Assembly: GCA_947462765.1 (NCBI GenBank)
Contig: CANHQK010000007.1
Coordinates: 1,438 to 65,437, forward strand
From: Bdellovibrionales bacterium
GTDB taxonomy: Bacteria; Bdellovibrionota; UBA1018; CAIMNF01
Direction of reading: 5' to 3'
DNA length: 64,000 nt
Within the stretch, counting starts at the first letter, position 1; each line of letters starts with the position of its first letter. Position numbers and translations under genes: made by a program. Below are positions 9,717 through 19,683 of the stretch, in pieces. The notes below the pieces were generated by a model. It had not been told where the DNA came from. It saw nothing but the letters and a program-made list of their open reading frames with translations, and searched no databases.

Positions 9717-10160
9717 ATGATGAAGATCCTGACTTTGCTGATGGTGAGTTCTGTTGTGTTGGCCTGGTTTGTGACCCCCGCTCGGGCGAGCTCTGTGGAT
9801 GTAAAATCCTGTCTGAGGCAAGCCCTTTCAAAAGAGCACCCTCTTTATCAAGTGCCAGAGTTCGAGGGCAAGGATGGTTACTCCAGGTACCTGGTACTCC
9901 TCTGTAATGGAACCGCGGCCAAGGATCTTTACTCGGCAATCAAGGACCCGGCGGCCCCCGGGGAGTGGTCGGGAAAGACCCGGGGCGAGGTGAAGTTTTT
10001 TGGTGAGACGGGCGGGGATTCAGCCTGCTACCACATCACGCGGAATCAAGAAGGCGATCCGGTGAGCGAGTACAATTGCTCGATCCGACTCAGTATCGCC
10101 ACACGGCTCCTCGGAAAGACCCAGACCGGAGAGATGACTTCCTTCAGAGTGAAGGAGTGA
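9717..10160 (+). CDS. Secreted hypothetical protein
   Basis: Signal peptide MMKILTLLMVSSVVLAWFVTPARA, mature domain of about 125 aa with 4 Cys. Confidence 0.5.
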   Translation: MMKILTLLMVSSVVLAWFVTPARASSVDVKSCLRQALSKEHPLYQVPEFEGKDGYSRYLVLLCNGTAAKDLYSAIKDPAAPGEWSGKTRGEVKFFGETGGDSACYHITRNQEGDPVSEYNCSIRLSIATRLLGKTQTGEMTSFRVKE

Positions 10161-11352
10161 GGCGGATTTTCTTCCGCATCTTCACCTGACCGTTGACGTC
10201 ACGGGCTTGAAGTTCCCAATGGCTTCCTGTCTTTTCAAGCATGGTGAACCCGAATCCCGGGATCAGGGTGGATTCCTTGAGAAGGGTTCCGTCCACTTCG
10301 GTTCCCGTCGGAGTTTGTCTCGGGTTCTTGATCAGCTCTGTTCCACTGTTTCCAACGACCACTTGGAGTGCCCGTCCGTCCTCGAATGAGGAGAGGTGGA
10401 AAAGATGCCAGTGCCCGGCGAAAATCAGCTTCACACCGGGTACAGGACCGACTGGATCATGGGTTTCCTCGCCCCAAAGTGGACGATGGGTCAAAAGCAC
10501 ATCGGAATTCAGTTTGAGGGATCTCAAGGCCCGTAGCCTCTCTGCTTGGACCTGTTTGAGTGATGTATCGAGCACAGCCAATCGCAGAGTGGAGAAGGGA
10601 ATCAGATAGGGCTCAGGCTCTTCGATGCAAACAGGATTGTAGGGATTCGGATCCAGAAGGCGGAAAAACCCCTCTCCCGCACGGGTGCAGGACTCGTGGT
10701 TCCCTCGGACGAAAATCCAAGGCGCCCGGGTCAGCAGTGCTCTCGCCGGAGTCAGAAAGTCCGCGTTCCAGGAGGCGAAGGTGTCGCCTGATGGAAAACT
10801 CTCACAACCCTTGGCGCCGTTCGGACAGGCCGACTCGCGGTACAAGTAGTCTCCGGTGTGGATGACGAGGTCCGGATTCAGTCGTGCAGCGGCTTCTGCG
10901 ATCTTCTGGAATGGCCACGCGTCCGGATTCGAGCAGTCCTGGATCCAGGCCGGATTGCCCTTCTTGGTTTTGACCCGGCATCCGGTATCCCCGATGATCA
11001 CAATCCTCTCCGGCGTGTTCATGGGCAGTGAAAGCAATTGCCCGTCGATTTCCGCCTTCCGGACAGAGCGATCAAGAACCGTCTCACAAATTCGGATTTC
11101 GAACTCCGGACGATCCTGGTGTCCGATCCTGGCCTGGAGGGGAACCTCCTTCGAATCCGCTTTCAAAACGGGGCAGGATGGATCCCGGGTCAGGTGACGG
11201 ACGACCACCGTCCCGTTCGGACCCAGTGCGACCCAGCTGAGAGGCTGTCCCAGATCCGATTCGGAGGACTTTCGAACACTCGCACAAGAGAGAATCAGTG
11301 AAACCATTGGAACAAGGACGAGAGTGCGTAAGGAGATCATCTGTACTTTCAT
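10144..11352 (-). CDS. Calcineurin-like metallophosphoesterase lipoprotein
   Basis: Motifs VIHTGDYLY and FVRGNHES. Lipobox LILSC after signal peptide MKVQMISLRTLVLVPMVS. Start trimmed from the long ORF to that Met. Confidence 0.8.
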   Translation of the reverse strand: MKVQMISLRTLVLVPMVSLILSCASVRKSSESDLGQPLSWVALGPNGTVVVRHLTRDPSCPVLKADSKEVPLQARIGHQDRPEFEIRICETVLDRSVRKAEIDGQLLSLPMNTPERIVIIGDTGCRVKTKKGNPAWIQDCSNPDAWPFQKIAEAAARLNPDLVIHTGDYLYRESACPNGAKGCESFPSGDTFASWNADFLTPARALLTRAPWIFVRGNHESCTRAGEGFFRLLDPNPYNPVCIEEPEPYLIPFSTLRLAVLDTSLKQVQAERLRALRSLKLNSDVLLTHRPLWGEETHDPVGPVPGVKLIFAGHWHLFHLSSFEDGRALQVVVGNSGTELIKNPRQTPTGTEVDGTLLKESTLIPGFGFTMLEKTGSHWELQARDVNGQVKMRKKIRLTPSL

Positions 11353-11387
11353 GGGCCCACCCATCGTATCGGAATCCCGGGAAGGGG

Positions 11388-12323
11388 TCATCTGGAGTTT
11401 CTTTCTTTGAAGACGCCGCCAGCGATGCCCTGGATCGGATCTCCCGGACGGGCCTGGAGCAGGCGCTTCTGTGCGATGAGGCAATATTCGGGGTGACGCT
11501 CGATTCCGATGAAGTCCCGCTTGAGTTTCCGGCACACGACCGCAGTGGTACCGCTCCCCAGAAAGGGATCGAGCACGAGTTGTCCTTCTTCACTGCTCGC
11601 CAGAATCAATTTCGCGAGCAGTTTCTCGCTCTTCTGTGTTGGATGATCCGTGTTTTCGGGCATGGACCAAAAAGGGATCGTGATGTCGGTCCAGAGGTTC
11701 GAAGGAGCGGTGTCACGGAAACTCCCCTCGGCACCAGATTCCCAGTCTTTCGGTGCACCTGATCCGTCCCGGTAGGGAGCCACCACCCTCCGACGGAGCC
11801 TGACTCGTTCCGGATGGAACGTGTACCGGTCCGAAACCGTGCAAAACCAGATGTCCTCACTGCAGTTCTTCCAGTTGCCTTGGGCCCCTCGACCCTTCTC
11901 TCTCTCCCAGGTGATCCGGTTCCGGATGCGGAAATGCTTCCCTGCGATCGAGGGAATCGACACGGAGGTTTTCCAGTCCCCGCAGATGTAAACAGTCGCT
12001 GATGGTTTCAGTTTTGGAATCAGGGCGCTGATCACCTCATCGAGGTAGTGGGCATAATCATCGATCGACCGCTCTTTGAAGGTCCATCCACCGAAGTTCT
12101 TGTCGAGGTTGTAGGGAGGGTCCAGAAAAAGCAGATCCACAGCGCCGTCAGCGATTCCCTTCAGCGCAGACTCGAAATCACCCAGGACTATGCGGTTCCG
12201 GTGGGAGGACTTCAGACGCGAGGCGGAAATCAAGCCCCTCTTCAGACGAGGAATTTCGTCGGATTCCACGAAGAGCGTTCGATTCCGGGGCGCGCGGGTT
12301 TTCTGGTGGTTTCTCATTCCCAT
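11388..12323 (-). CDS. Beta-class DNA amino-methyltransferase (N6-adenine or N4-cytosine), solitary
   Basis: Motif IV DPPY near the N-terminus followed later by motif I (DPFLGSGTT), the beta-class order. No restriction endonuclease candidate nearby. Confidence 0.85.
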   Translation of the reverse strand: MGMRNHQKTRAPRNRTLFVESDEIPRLKRGLISASRLKSSHRNRIVLGDFESALKGIADGAVDLLFLDPPYNLDKNFGGWTFKERSIDDYAHYLDEVISALIPKLKPSATVYICGDWKTSVSIPSIAGKHFRIRNRITWEREKGRGAQGNWKNCSEDIWFCTVSDRYTFHPERVRLRRRVVAPYRDGSGAPKDWESGAEGSFRDTAPSNLWTDITIPFWSMPENTDHPTQKSEKLLAKLILASSEEGQLVLDPFLGSGTTAVVCRKLKRDFIGIERHPEYCLIAQKRLLQARPGDPIQGIAGGVFKERNSR

Positions 12324-13891
12324 TCGATCGTCGCGGGGGGCTTGGAGGTGATGTCGTAAGTCACTCGATTGATACCCCGTACCTCATTGCAAATCCGGGT
12401 CGAAACACGTCCGAGAAATCCGAGATCGAAGGGATAGAAATCCGCGGTCATTCCATCCTGGCTCGTGACAGCGCGGAGGGCCACGACCTTGGCATGGGTC
12501 CGACCGTCGCCCTGCACGCCGACGGTTTTCACCGGAAGCAAAACGGCCATGGCCTGCCAGATCTTGGGATAGAGGCCTTCTTCCCGTAGCATCTGGATGA
12601 AAATCTCATCTGCAGCACGGAGGAGATCGGCGTTCTCTTTGTTCACTTCACCGATGATCCGGACGGCCAATCCCGGCCCGGGAAAAGGATGCCGGGAGAT
12701 GAAGCTTTCCGGAACTCCGAGCGTGCGTCCGATTTCCCTGACCTCATCCTTGAACAGGTCCCGGAAGGGCTCGATGAGCTGGAATCGCAGGTCCTTCGGC
12801 AGCCCCCCCACATTGTGGTGGGACTTGATGGTGTGCGAGTGGGAGGTTCCAGTGCCTGACTGTGGGGCGGGAGAGCTTTCAATGACATCCGGATAAAGTG
12901 TGCCTTGAACGAGAAAGGCGGGCTTCACGCCGATGAGGCTCTCAATTTCGGTGGCTGCATCATCAAAGACTCCGATGAACTCGGCTCCGATGATTTTGCG
13001 CTTTTTCTCCGGATCCTCGACCCCTGCGAGTTTCTTAAGAAAACGCTCTTCCGCATTCACCCGCATCACGGGCAAATGCAGTCCTTCGGTGAATAGCTTC
13101 ATCACCCGATCGCCTTCTTGATAACGGAGCAGCCCGGTGTCGACAAAAACGCAGTGGAGCCGGTCGCCGATCGCACGATGAACCAAAGTGGCGGCCACAG
13201 TCGAATCCACCCCGCCCGAAAGGGCACAGAGCACGTGGGCGTCTTCGGGCACATTCGCCCGGATTTTGGCAATCTGCTCTTCGATCACGGAACTCATCTT
13301 CCAGTCGGCCTCCAGTCGGGCACAGCCTTGCAAAAAATTGCGCAGGATTTGAATCCCATGTTCGGTGTGGGTCACTTCAGGGTGCAGTTGGAGTCCATGC
13401 CAAGCGCGGGACTCATGAGAGATCCCTGCAACCGCTCCCTCGACGCTTTCAGCAGACAGACGATAACCGGCCGGAAGGCGCGTGGTCTCATCACCATGGG
13501 ACATCCAGGCTTCGAACTCACGGATTCCCGAGAACAATGGGGATTCGCCGAGCGTGCGCACTTTCATCCGTCCGTATTCGCGTTTGTGAGCCGGGCGGAT
13601 CTCACCATGTCCCTGTTGGACCATGAGCTGCATCCCGTAACAGATCCCGAGCATGGGTAAGTTCGATTCCGCGATATAGTCGAAGAATCCCTCAGCGGGT
13701 TGCGGGCTTCCCGTTTCATAGACCGAGGCGGGGCCACCGGACAGGATCACGGCCTGGGGCCCAAATTCACGGATTCTCGAAAGCGGGGCGCTCCCCGGCA
13801 ATACGAAGGAGTAGTATCCGAGCTCCCGCATCCTGCGGGCAATGAGCTGGGTGAACTGGGAGCCGAAATCGAGAATCAGGATTTTGTTCAT
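12314..13891 (-). CDS. guaA: GMP synthase (glutamine-hydrolysing)
   Basis: MNKILILDFGSQFTQLIARR opening, GATase plus ATP-pyrophosphatase domains, ends EWE. Confidence 0.95.
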   Translation of the reverse strand: MNKILILDFGSQFTQLIARRMRELGYYSFVLPGSAPLSRIREFGPQAVILSGGPASVYETGSPQPAEGFFDYIAESNLPMLGICYGMQLMVQQGHGEIRPAHKREYGRMKVRTLGESPLFSGIREFEAWMSHGDETTRLPAGYRLSAESVEGAVAGISHESRAWHGLQLHPEVTHTEHGIQILRNFLQGCARLEADWKMSSVIEEQIAKIRANVPEDAHVLCALSGGVDSTVAATLVHRAIGDRLHCVFVDTGLLRYQEGDRVMKLFTEGLHLPVMRVNAEERFLKKLAGVEDPEKKRKIIGAEFIGVFDDAATEIESLIGVKPAFLVQGTLYPDVIESSPAPQSGTGTSHSHTIKSHHNVGGLPKDLRFQLIEPFRDLFKDEVREIGRTLGVPESFISRHPFPGPGLAVRIIGEVNKENADLLRAADEIFIQMLREEGLYPKIWQAMAVLLPVKTVGVQGDGRTHAKVVALRAVTSQDGMTADFYPFDLGFLGRVSTRICNEVRGINRVTYDITSKPPATIEWE

Positions 13892-13898
13892 GCGTTCC

Positions 13899-15380
13899 TC
13901 AGCTGTTGGTCCGGTAGTTCGGGGCTTCTTTGGTGATCACGATGTCGTGCGGATGGGACTCAGCGAGCCCGGAATTCGAAATGCGGACCATTCTCGCCTT
14001 TTGCCAGAGATCAGGGATCGAGGCCGCGCCCACATATCCCATTCCGGAGCGGAGTCCCCCCATCATCTGATGGACGTTGAAGGAGAGGCTGCCCCGGTAA
14101 GGAACCCGCCCTTCGATTCCCTCAGGCACGAGTTTTCCGGCATCCTCCACACTGGCTTGGAAATAACGGTCCTTGGATCCGTGCGCTTGAGCCATGGCTC
14201 CGAGAGAGCCCATGCCCCGGTACATTTTGAAGGAGCGCCCTTGGAAGTGCAGAATCTCACCCGGCGACTCGTCCGTTCCCGCGAACAGGGATCCGATCAT
14301 CACAGCCGAGGCACCGCACGCCAGGGCCTTGGTGACATCGCCCGAAAGCTTGATTCCACCGTCTGCAATGATGGTGGCACCTTTTTCTTTCGCCGCTTTC
14401 GCACATTCCTGGATGGCATAGAGCTGGGGAACTCCGACTCCCGAAACCACCCGGGTGGTACAGATCGAACCCGGACCGATGCCGACTTTCACCACATCCG
14501 CACCGGCCTCCAGCAGGGCCAGGGTTCCCTCGCGGGTTGCGACATTGCCTCCGATGATCTCGATGCGATCGCCATACCGGTCACGGAAGTGTTTCACTGC
14601 GGTGAGTACGCCCTTGGAGTGTCCGTGTGCGGAGTCCACACAAAGGAGGTCCACACCGGCTTCCACAAGAGCATCAGCCCGACGAAAAGCCTCTTCTCCG
14701 ACGCCTACCGCAGCACCGACCACGAGGCGCCCGTACCGGTCTTTGTTCGCTTGCGGGTAATCGCGTTGTTTTTGAATGTCTTTGATGGTGATCAAGCCCT
14801 TCAAAAATCCGTTTCCGTCAACCACAGGGAGTTTCTCAACCCGGTGTTTGCGGAGGATTTCTTTGGCCTCAGCCAGGGTGGTTCCTTCAGGTGCGGTGAT
14901 GAGTGGAGCTCGGGTCATCCGGCTGCCCACCGAGGCGGTAAAGTCCTCCTCAAAGCGGAGGTCGCGGTTGGTCAGGATACCGAGCAACTGCTTTCCCTGA
15001 GGGGTGGTTCGCGTGACCGGAACCCCGGAGATCTTGTAGAGGGACATGAGCTCGCGCACCCGGGATAGGGGTTCGTCCTCACCGATCGTGATCGGATCGA
15101 GGATCATGCCCCATTCGCTCTTCTTGACTTTCTCGACCTCGAAAGCCTGGTCCTGGATGGTGAGATTCTTATGGAGTATGCCCAGCCCGCCCTCTTGGGC
15201 CATGACGATCGCGGTCCGGCTCTCGGTCACCGTATCCATTGCAGCGGATAGGATGGGGATGTTCAGGGTGATCTTCGGAGTGAAGGGGACGCGTGTGGAC
15301 ACTTGCGAAGGAAGCACCTCCGAGTAGCCGGGAAGCAAAAGCACGTCATCGAAAGTCAGGGCTTCAATGGGAGAAAGCAT
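13899..15380 (-). CDS. guaB: IMP dehydrogenase
   Basis: [25 protein letters not shown] opening, CBS pair and catalytic [11 protein letters not shown] loop. Confidence 0.95.
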   Translation of the reverse strand: MLSPIEALTFDDVLLLPGYSEVLPSQVSTRVPFTPKITLNIPILSAAMDTVTESRTAIVMAQEGGLGILHKNLTIQDQAFEVEKVKKSEWGMILDPITIGEDEPLSRVRELMSLYKISGVPVTRTTPQGKQLLGILTNRDLRFEEDFTASVGSRMTRAPLITAPEGTTLAEAKEILRKHRVEKLPVVDGNGFLKGLITIKDIQKQRDYPQANKDRYGRLVVGAAVGVGEEAFRRADALVEAGVDLLCVDSAHGHSKGVLTAVKHFRDRYGDRIEIIGGNVATREGTLALLEAGADVVKVGIGPGSICTTRVVSGVGVPQLYAIQECAKAAKEKGATIIADGGIKLSGDVTKALACGASAVMIGSLFAGTDESPGEILHFQGRSFKMYRGMGSLGAMAQAHGSKDRYFQASVEDAGKLVPEGIEGRVPYRGSLSFNVHQMMGGLRSGMGYVGAASIPDLWQKARMVRISNSGLAESHPHDIVITKEAPNYRTNS

Positions 15381-15488
15381 AGGACTCCTTGGTGGGGGGT
15401 GAGGTGGCTCAAACAGTAGCAGAAAAGTCCGGTTTTGTTAATCCGAAACCGTTGGAAAGAGGGGGGTGCGCGTGTATGCTGAGCCGGC

Positions 15489-17072
15489 ATGAAATCCTTC
15501 GTCACGCGCTCAAAAATTCCGGTCAAAGAATTCTATGGTCCCGAGGATTTGCCAGCCGATCTCTCGGCGCGACTGGCGGCACCCGGCCAGTACCCGTTCA
15601 CCCGGGGGGTCCAGAAAACAATGTACCGCGGACGGCTTTGGACGATGCGCCAATACGCCGGGTTCGGAACGGCGGAGGAGTCGAACCGCCGCTATCACTA
15701 CCTTTTATCCCAAGGAACCATGGGATTGTCGGTCGCTTTCGATCTGCCGACCCAGTTGGGATATGATCCGGACCATGCACGATCCAAGGGTGAGGTCGGG
15801 AAAGTCGGAGTTTCCATCTCCACTCTCGACGAGATGCGCACCCTGTTCAAAGGGATTCCGCTTGCGGACGTATCGACTTCCATGACGATCAATGCGACCG
15901 CTCCGATCCTCCTTGCGTTCTACACGGTACTGGCCGAGGAGCAAGGGGCGAAAATCGATGGGTTGCGTGGGACCGTCCAGAATGATGTCTTGAAGGAATA
16001 CATCGCGCGGGGGAATTACATTTATCCGCCTCAAGGCGCGCTCCGGATCATCACCGACATGTTCGATTGGTGTTCGAAAAACACCCCCAAGTGGAATCCG
16101 ATCAGTATTTCGGGTTACCACATCCGTGAGGCCGGATCGGACGCGATCCAGGAGTTGGCATTCACGTTTGCCAATGCCATCGCTTATGTCGAGTCGGCTG
16201 TGAAAGCGGGTCTTGATGTCGATGCCTTCGCGGGCCAGCTCAGTTTCTTTTTCAATGTGCACAATGACTTTTTCGAGGAGATCGCAAAGTTCCGTGCTGC
16301 CCGAAGGATTTGGGCCCGCCTCATGCAAGAGCGTTTCGGCGCAAAAGATCCTCGTTCCCAGATGCTCCGATTTCATTCCCAGACGGCCGGCTCGACCCTG
16401 ACCGCTCAGCAGCCCGAGAATAACGTGGTACGGGTTGCGGTTCAGGCCCTTGCTTCGGTACTGGGGGGCACTCAGTCGCTCCACACCAACTCCATGGATG
16501 AAGCGCTTGCGCTTCCGAGCGAGTCGGCTGCTCTGATCGCACTCCGGACCCAGCAGGTCATCGCTTCTGAAACCAATGTCACCCAGACTGTGGATCCATT
16601 GGCAGGAAGTTACTTTGTCGAGTCTCTCACTGCACGGATCGAAGAGGGGGTCTGGAAGTACCTTTCCGAAATTGAGGCCAAGGGTGGAACGGTTTCCTGC
16701 ATTGAAAGTGGCTACATTCAGAATGAGATCCTGAACTCGGCCTACGATGATCAAAAGCGAATGGATTCGAAAGAGCTCGAGGTGGTGGGGGTGAACGTCC
16801 ACCAGGAATCCGGGTCCTCGAAAAAAATCGAGATTCTCAAGGTCCCCGCCGAGCTCGAGACCAGGGCGATCGAGCGCATTCGTGCGTACCGGGCAAAGCG
16901 TTCTGAAGGGCGGGTCCGTGATGCGCTACGTTCTCTGTCGGATGGTGCCAAAGGTGAAGCGAACCTCATGGCTCTCGTCCATCAATGCGTGAAGAGCGAA
17001 TGCACGCTGGGTGAGATTTCGGACGCGCTCCGCGGAGTATTCGGTGAATATCAGGAGTATTCGGGGTTCTGA
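15489..17072 (+). CDS. Methylmalonyl-CoA mutase family, catalytic (N-terminal TIM-barrel) subunit without B12-binding domain
   Basis: FTRGVQKTMYRGRLWTMRQYAGFGTAEESNRRYHYLLSQGTMGLSVAFDLPTQLGYDPDH. 527 aa, ends before the cobalamin-binding domain. Confidence 0.85.
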   Translation: MKSFVTRSKIPVKEFYGPEDLPADLSARLAAPGQYPFTRGVQKTMYRGRLWTMRQYAGFGTAEESNRRYHYLLSQGTMGLSVAFDLPTQLGYDPDHARSKGEVGKVGVSISTLDEMRTLFKGIPLADVSTSMTINATAPILLAFYTVLAEEQGAKIDGLRGTVQNDVLKEYIARGNYIYPPQGALRIITDMFDWCSKNTPKWNPISISGYHIREAGSDAIQELAFTFANAIAYVESAVKAGLDVDAFAGQLSFFFNVHNDFFEEIAKFRAARRIWARLMQERFGAKDPRSQMLRFHSQTAGSTLTAQQPENNVVRVAVQALASVLGGTQSLHTNSMDEALALPSESAALIALRTQQVIASETNVTQTVDPLAGSYFVESLTARIEEGVWKYLSEIEAKGGTVSCIESGYIQNEILNSAYDDQKRMDSKELEVVGVNVHQESGSSKKIEILKVPAELETRAIERIRAYRAKRSEGRVRDALRSLSDGAKGEANLMALVHQCVKSECTLGEISDALRGVFGEYQEYSGF

Positions 17073-17512
17073 TGAGCAAGCCGGGGCCGAAGCCATTCTA
17101 TCATGAGGGAATTCGTTTCGAGTGTCAGGGGTCGGGCAAGTGTTGCACCTCCCGAGGCTCCTACGGTTATGTTTACCTCACTCTCGAGGATCGCAAGCGT
17201 TTCGCCGAGTACTTCGGTCTTTCGACCTCCCAGTTCACCCGGCAGTATTGCGATACCAAGGACGGGCACTTCTTTTTGAAAGATCCTCCCGAGGCTTCGG
17301 GTGATTGTATCTTCCTGGTGGACGGCAATCGCTGTGGCACCTACGAAGCGCGCCCGGGACAGTGCCGGACCTGGCCCTTCTGGCCCGAGAATATGAAGGC
17401 CAAAATCTGGCGTCGGGAGATCGCTGCATTCTGTCCGGGGGTCGGAAAAGGCAAGCTTCACACCCGCGAAGAAATCGAGGAAATCCTCAAGCAGTCCAAT
17501 CCTGAGGAGTGA
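17072..17512 (+). CDS. YkgJ-family (UPF0153) Cys-cluster protein
   Basis: CQGSGKCCTSRGSYGYVYL...C. Start overlaps the mutase stop (TGATG). Confidence 0.6.
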   Translation: MSKPGPKPFYHEGIRFECQGSGKCCTSRGSYGYVYLTLEDRKRFAEYFGLSTSQFTRQYCDTKDGHFFLKDPPEASGDCIFLVDGNRCGTYEARPGQCRTWPFWPENMKAKIWRREIAAFCPGVGKGKLHTREEIEEILKQSNPEE

Positions 17513-17825
17513 GCGGAGCGAGCCCGTAGCGGGCCCTGGCCTGATCACACCGGGGATTCGGTTCTCCGTTCTCGAAGGACGCGGTGAAGTCCCGACAGGG
17601 TGTGGGGCGGCTTTCATAAATGGTGCATCCCACTTCTTTTCCGATCTCGCCCCCGAGCGCGATGCATCGGGGACGTTCCGGATCGGGAGCATGCTTCATG
17701 TTTGCGCGGAAATCATTGAGACGCTCGGTGTATTGCTCGGGAACAGGCTCGGCCCAATAGAACGAAACCCTGAAGGTTCCGCAACAGGCGCCACAGGTCA
17801 GACAAGGGTGGGGAGTCGGGCTCAT
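17487..17825 (-). CDS. YkgJ-family (UPF0153) Cys-cluster protein, second paralog
   Basis: CLTCGACCGTFRVSFYW motif. Convergent with and overlapping the 3' end of the previous gene. Confidence 0.5.
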   Translation of the reverse strand: MSPTPHPCLTCGACCGTFRVSFYWAEPVPEQYTERLNDFRANMKHAPDPERPRCIALGGEIGKEVGCTIYESRPTPCRDFTASFENGEPNPRCDQARARYGLAPLTPQDWTA

Positions 17826-17828
17826 GGT

Positions 17829-18911
17829 TCAATTGAAGCGATCTTGGATGAATCGGGCGGTTTCCGGGGCTCCGATCCTGGCTAAGCGTTCTTTCGGGCT
17901 CAGGCTCTCGGAAGCGAGTCGGATGCGTTGACGGGCGGCTCGAATCCTATCGATGGACGGTGTCAGAGCTTCGGGCTTCATTCGTCCGTCTTTCAAGGCC
18001 TTCCGGATCGATTCCATGGCAATCAAAGCGGCTGACTCGGAACGGTAGCAGAGGATATCGCAGCCCGCTTCGAGGGCGCGGAGAGGTGCCTCTTCAGCGC
18101 CGTAATTTTTGGTGATGGCTCCCATTTCCATGTCATCGCTCGTAATGATGCCGGTATAGCCGATTTCCTCGCGCAAGTACCGTTTGAGAAAAGTCGGAGA
18201 GAGCGTTCCCGGATTCACCGGGTCAAGATGGGGAAGGAGAATGTGTGCACTCATGAGAAAGCGACATCCCGCGAGGATCGCTTCACGGAACGGATGCCAC
18301 TCGCGCTCACGCAAGGTCTCGAGCGGGGTGTGGACAGTCGGAAGCGATTCATGCGAATCCAGGTGGGTGTCACCGTGCCCCGGAAAATGCTTGATACAGG
18401 GCTCGACCCCTTCTTCAAGGTGGCCTCGAACCACGGCGCATGCCATTCGTGTCACCCGGTCGGGGGTGTCGCCGTACGCGCGATCACCGATCACAGGATT
18501 GGCGGGGTTGGTGTTCACGTCACAAACAGGGGAGAAATTGAGTTGCAGGCCCGCCGCATGGAGCTCCCGGGCTTGCATCCGGGTGAGCTCATGGGCAAGT
18601 TCCGGGGAGTCCCGTTCTCCCACCTTGCGGGCCGTAGGAAGCAGGGTGAAGCCGCTGCGGAACCTCTGAACCCGACCGCCTTCCTGATCGACAGAGATCA
18701 GCGCCGGCGCTGTGAGTCCCGCTTCGCGGGTGCGAGCCTGGATTTCATCGGTCAAAGCGAGGAGCTGCTCGGGAGACTCGTAGTTCTGGGCAAAAAAGAT
18801 GAAAAGCGAGGGACGCTCGGTCCGGATCGTGGCCAAGGTCTCGGAAGAAATTGTCTTTCCGGCGAAGCCCATCATCACCAGTTCTGATACATCAAATTCA
18901 GCGGAATGCAT
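17829..18911 (-). CDS. nagZ: Beta-N-acetylhexosaminidase (GH3)
   Basis: GH3 motifs including KHFPGHGDT. Start placed at MHSAEFDV. Confidence 0.85.
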   Translation of the reverse strand: MHSAEFDVSELVMMGFAGKTISSETLATIRTERPSLFIFFAQNYESPEQLLALTDEIQARTREAGLTAPALISVDQEGGRVQRFRSGFTLLPTARKVGERDSPELAHELTRMQARELHAAGLQLNFSPVCDVNTNPANPVIGDRAYGDTPDRVTRMACAVVRGHLEEGVEPCIKHFPGHGDTHLDSHESLPTVHTPLETLREREWHPFREAILAGCRFLMSAHILLPHLDPVNPGTLSPTFLKRYLREEIGYTGIITSDDMEMGAITKNYGAEEAPLRALEAGCDILCYRSESAALIAMESIRKALKDGRMKPEALTPSIDRIRAARQRIRLASESLSPKERLARIGAPETARFIQDRFN

Positions 18912-18921
18912 GGTTCCCAGT

Positions 18922-19683
18922 TTATTGAGGTTCCTCACGGCTTAGCAAGTGGAATGACAAGAGTGTCAGCGCCAGGGGGGTGGCCCCCCAAAACAGGATC
19001 CAGGGCGCCTCGAGAAGATAATCTTTTCCTTGTTGGAGCAATCGGCCCCAGGTCTCGTGTTCAGGCGCGGGCTGGAGTCCGAGAAAACTCAAGGACGTCT
19101 CGAGCAAAATGAGTCTCAGGGCCAGAAATGGCAGAATCGCCCGGAGCATTCGGAGCAGTTCCGGTTGGTAGTGCCGGAACCAGAGATGATAGGGGCCCGC
19201 CCCCAGGGCCACTGCCGACAGAATATAGGGTTCGAAGCGCAGATGGCGGAGTTGGCTCTCGAAGAAGCGGGTCAAAGTCGGTACCGCCAGTAAAAGTGCG
19301 CCGATGAGGAAGGTTCCGGATGTATCCGGCAGGAAGATTCCGAGAGCAAGGGCGATCAGGAATCCCGGAATTGACCCGAGAAAGTCGAGAAATGCACGCA
19401 ATGCGAATTCCAATCTGGAGCTTTTCAGTAGTGCGACTGAAGACAAGATCAGCGATAGCAGGATGCAGAAGAGACCCACCGGGAGCATGATGCGGACCGA
19501 TTGTCCGGCGGCCACTGCGACCAGTTCTCGGCAGGAGCGCCCGAATGCATCGAATCCGGGTGAAAGGGCCACCTCCAGCCTGTGGACTTCGATCCGGTCA
19601 CGCTGAAGAAAGGCCAAACAAGCCGATGAGCCGAAAGTCGAGAGCCAGATCCATGAGGATACCCGGAGCGGTTCCAGTTTCAC
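18922..19683 (-). CDS. ABC transporter permease (DppC/OppC-like)
   Basis: Multi-TM, EAA-type loop. GTG start at 19683 overlaps the upstream permease stop (GTGA). The annotated longer ORF is an N-terminal over-extension. Confidence 0.7.
   Translation of the reverse strand: MKLEPLRVSSWIWLSTFGSSACLAFLQRDRIEVHRLEVALSPGFDAFGRSCRELVAVAAGQSVRIMLPVGLFCILLSLILSSVALLKSSRLEFALRAFLDFLGSIPGFLIALALGIFLPDTSGTFLIGALLLAVPTLTRFFESQLRHLRFEPYILSAVALGAGPYHLWFRHYQPELLRMLRAILPFLALRLILLETSLSFLGLQPAPEHETWGRLLQQGKDYLLEAPWILFWGATPLALTLLSFHLLSREEPQ

Noticed and set aside
13842-15068. 408-aa plus-strand ORF antisense to guaB
   Set aside because: Shadow ORF of IMP dehydrogenase, with no recognisable fold signature.
15705-16802. 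365-aa minus-strand ORF inside the mutase gene
   Set aside because: Antisense artefact. The sense frame has the unmistakable methylmalonyl-CoA mutase signature.
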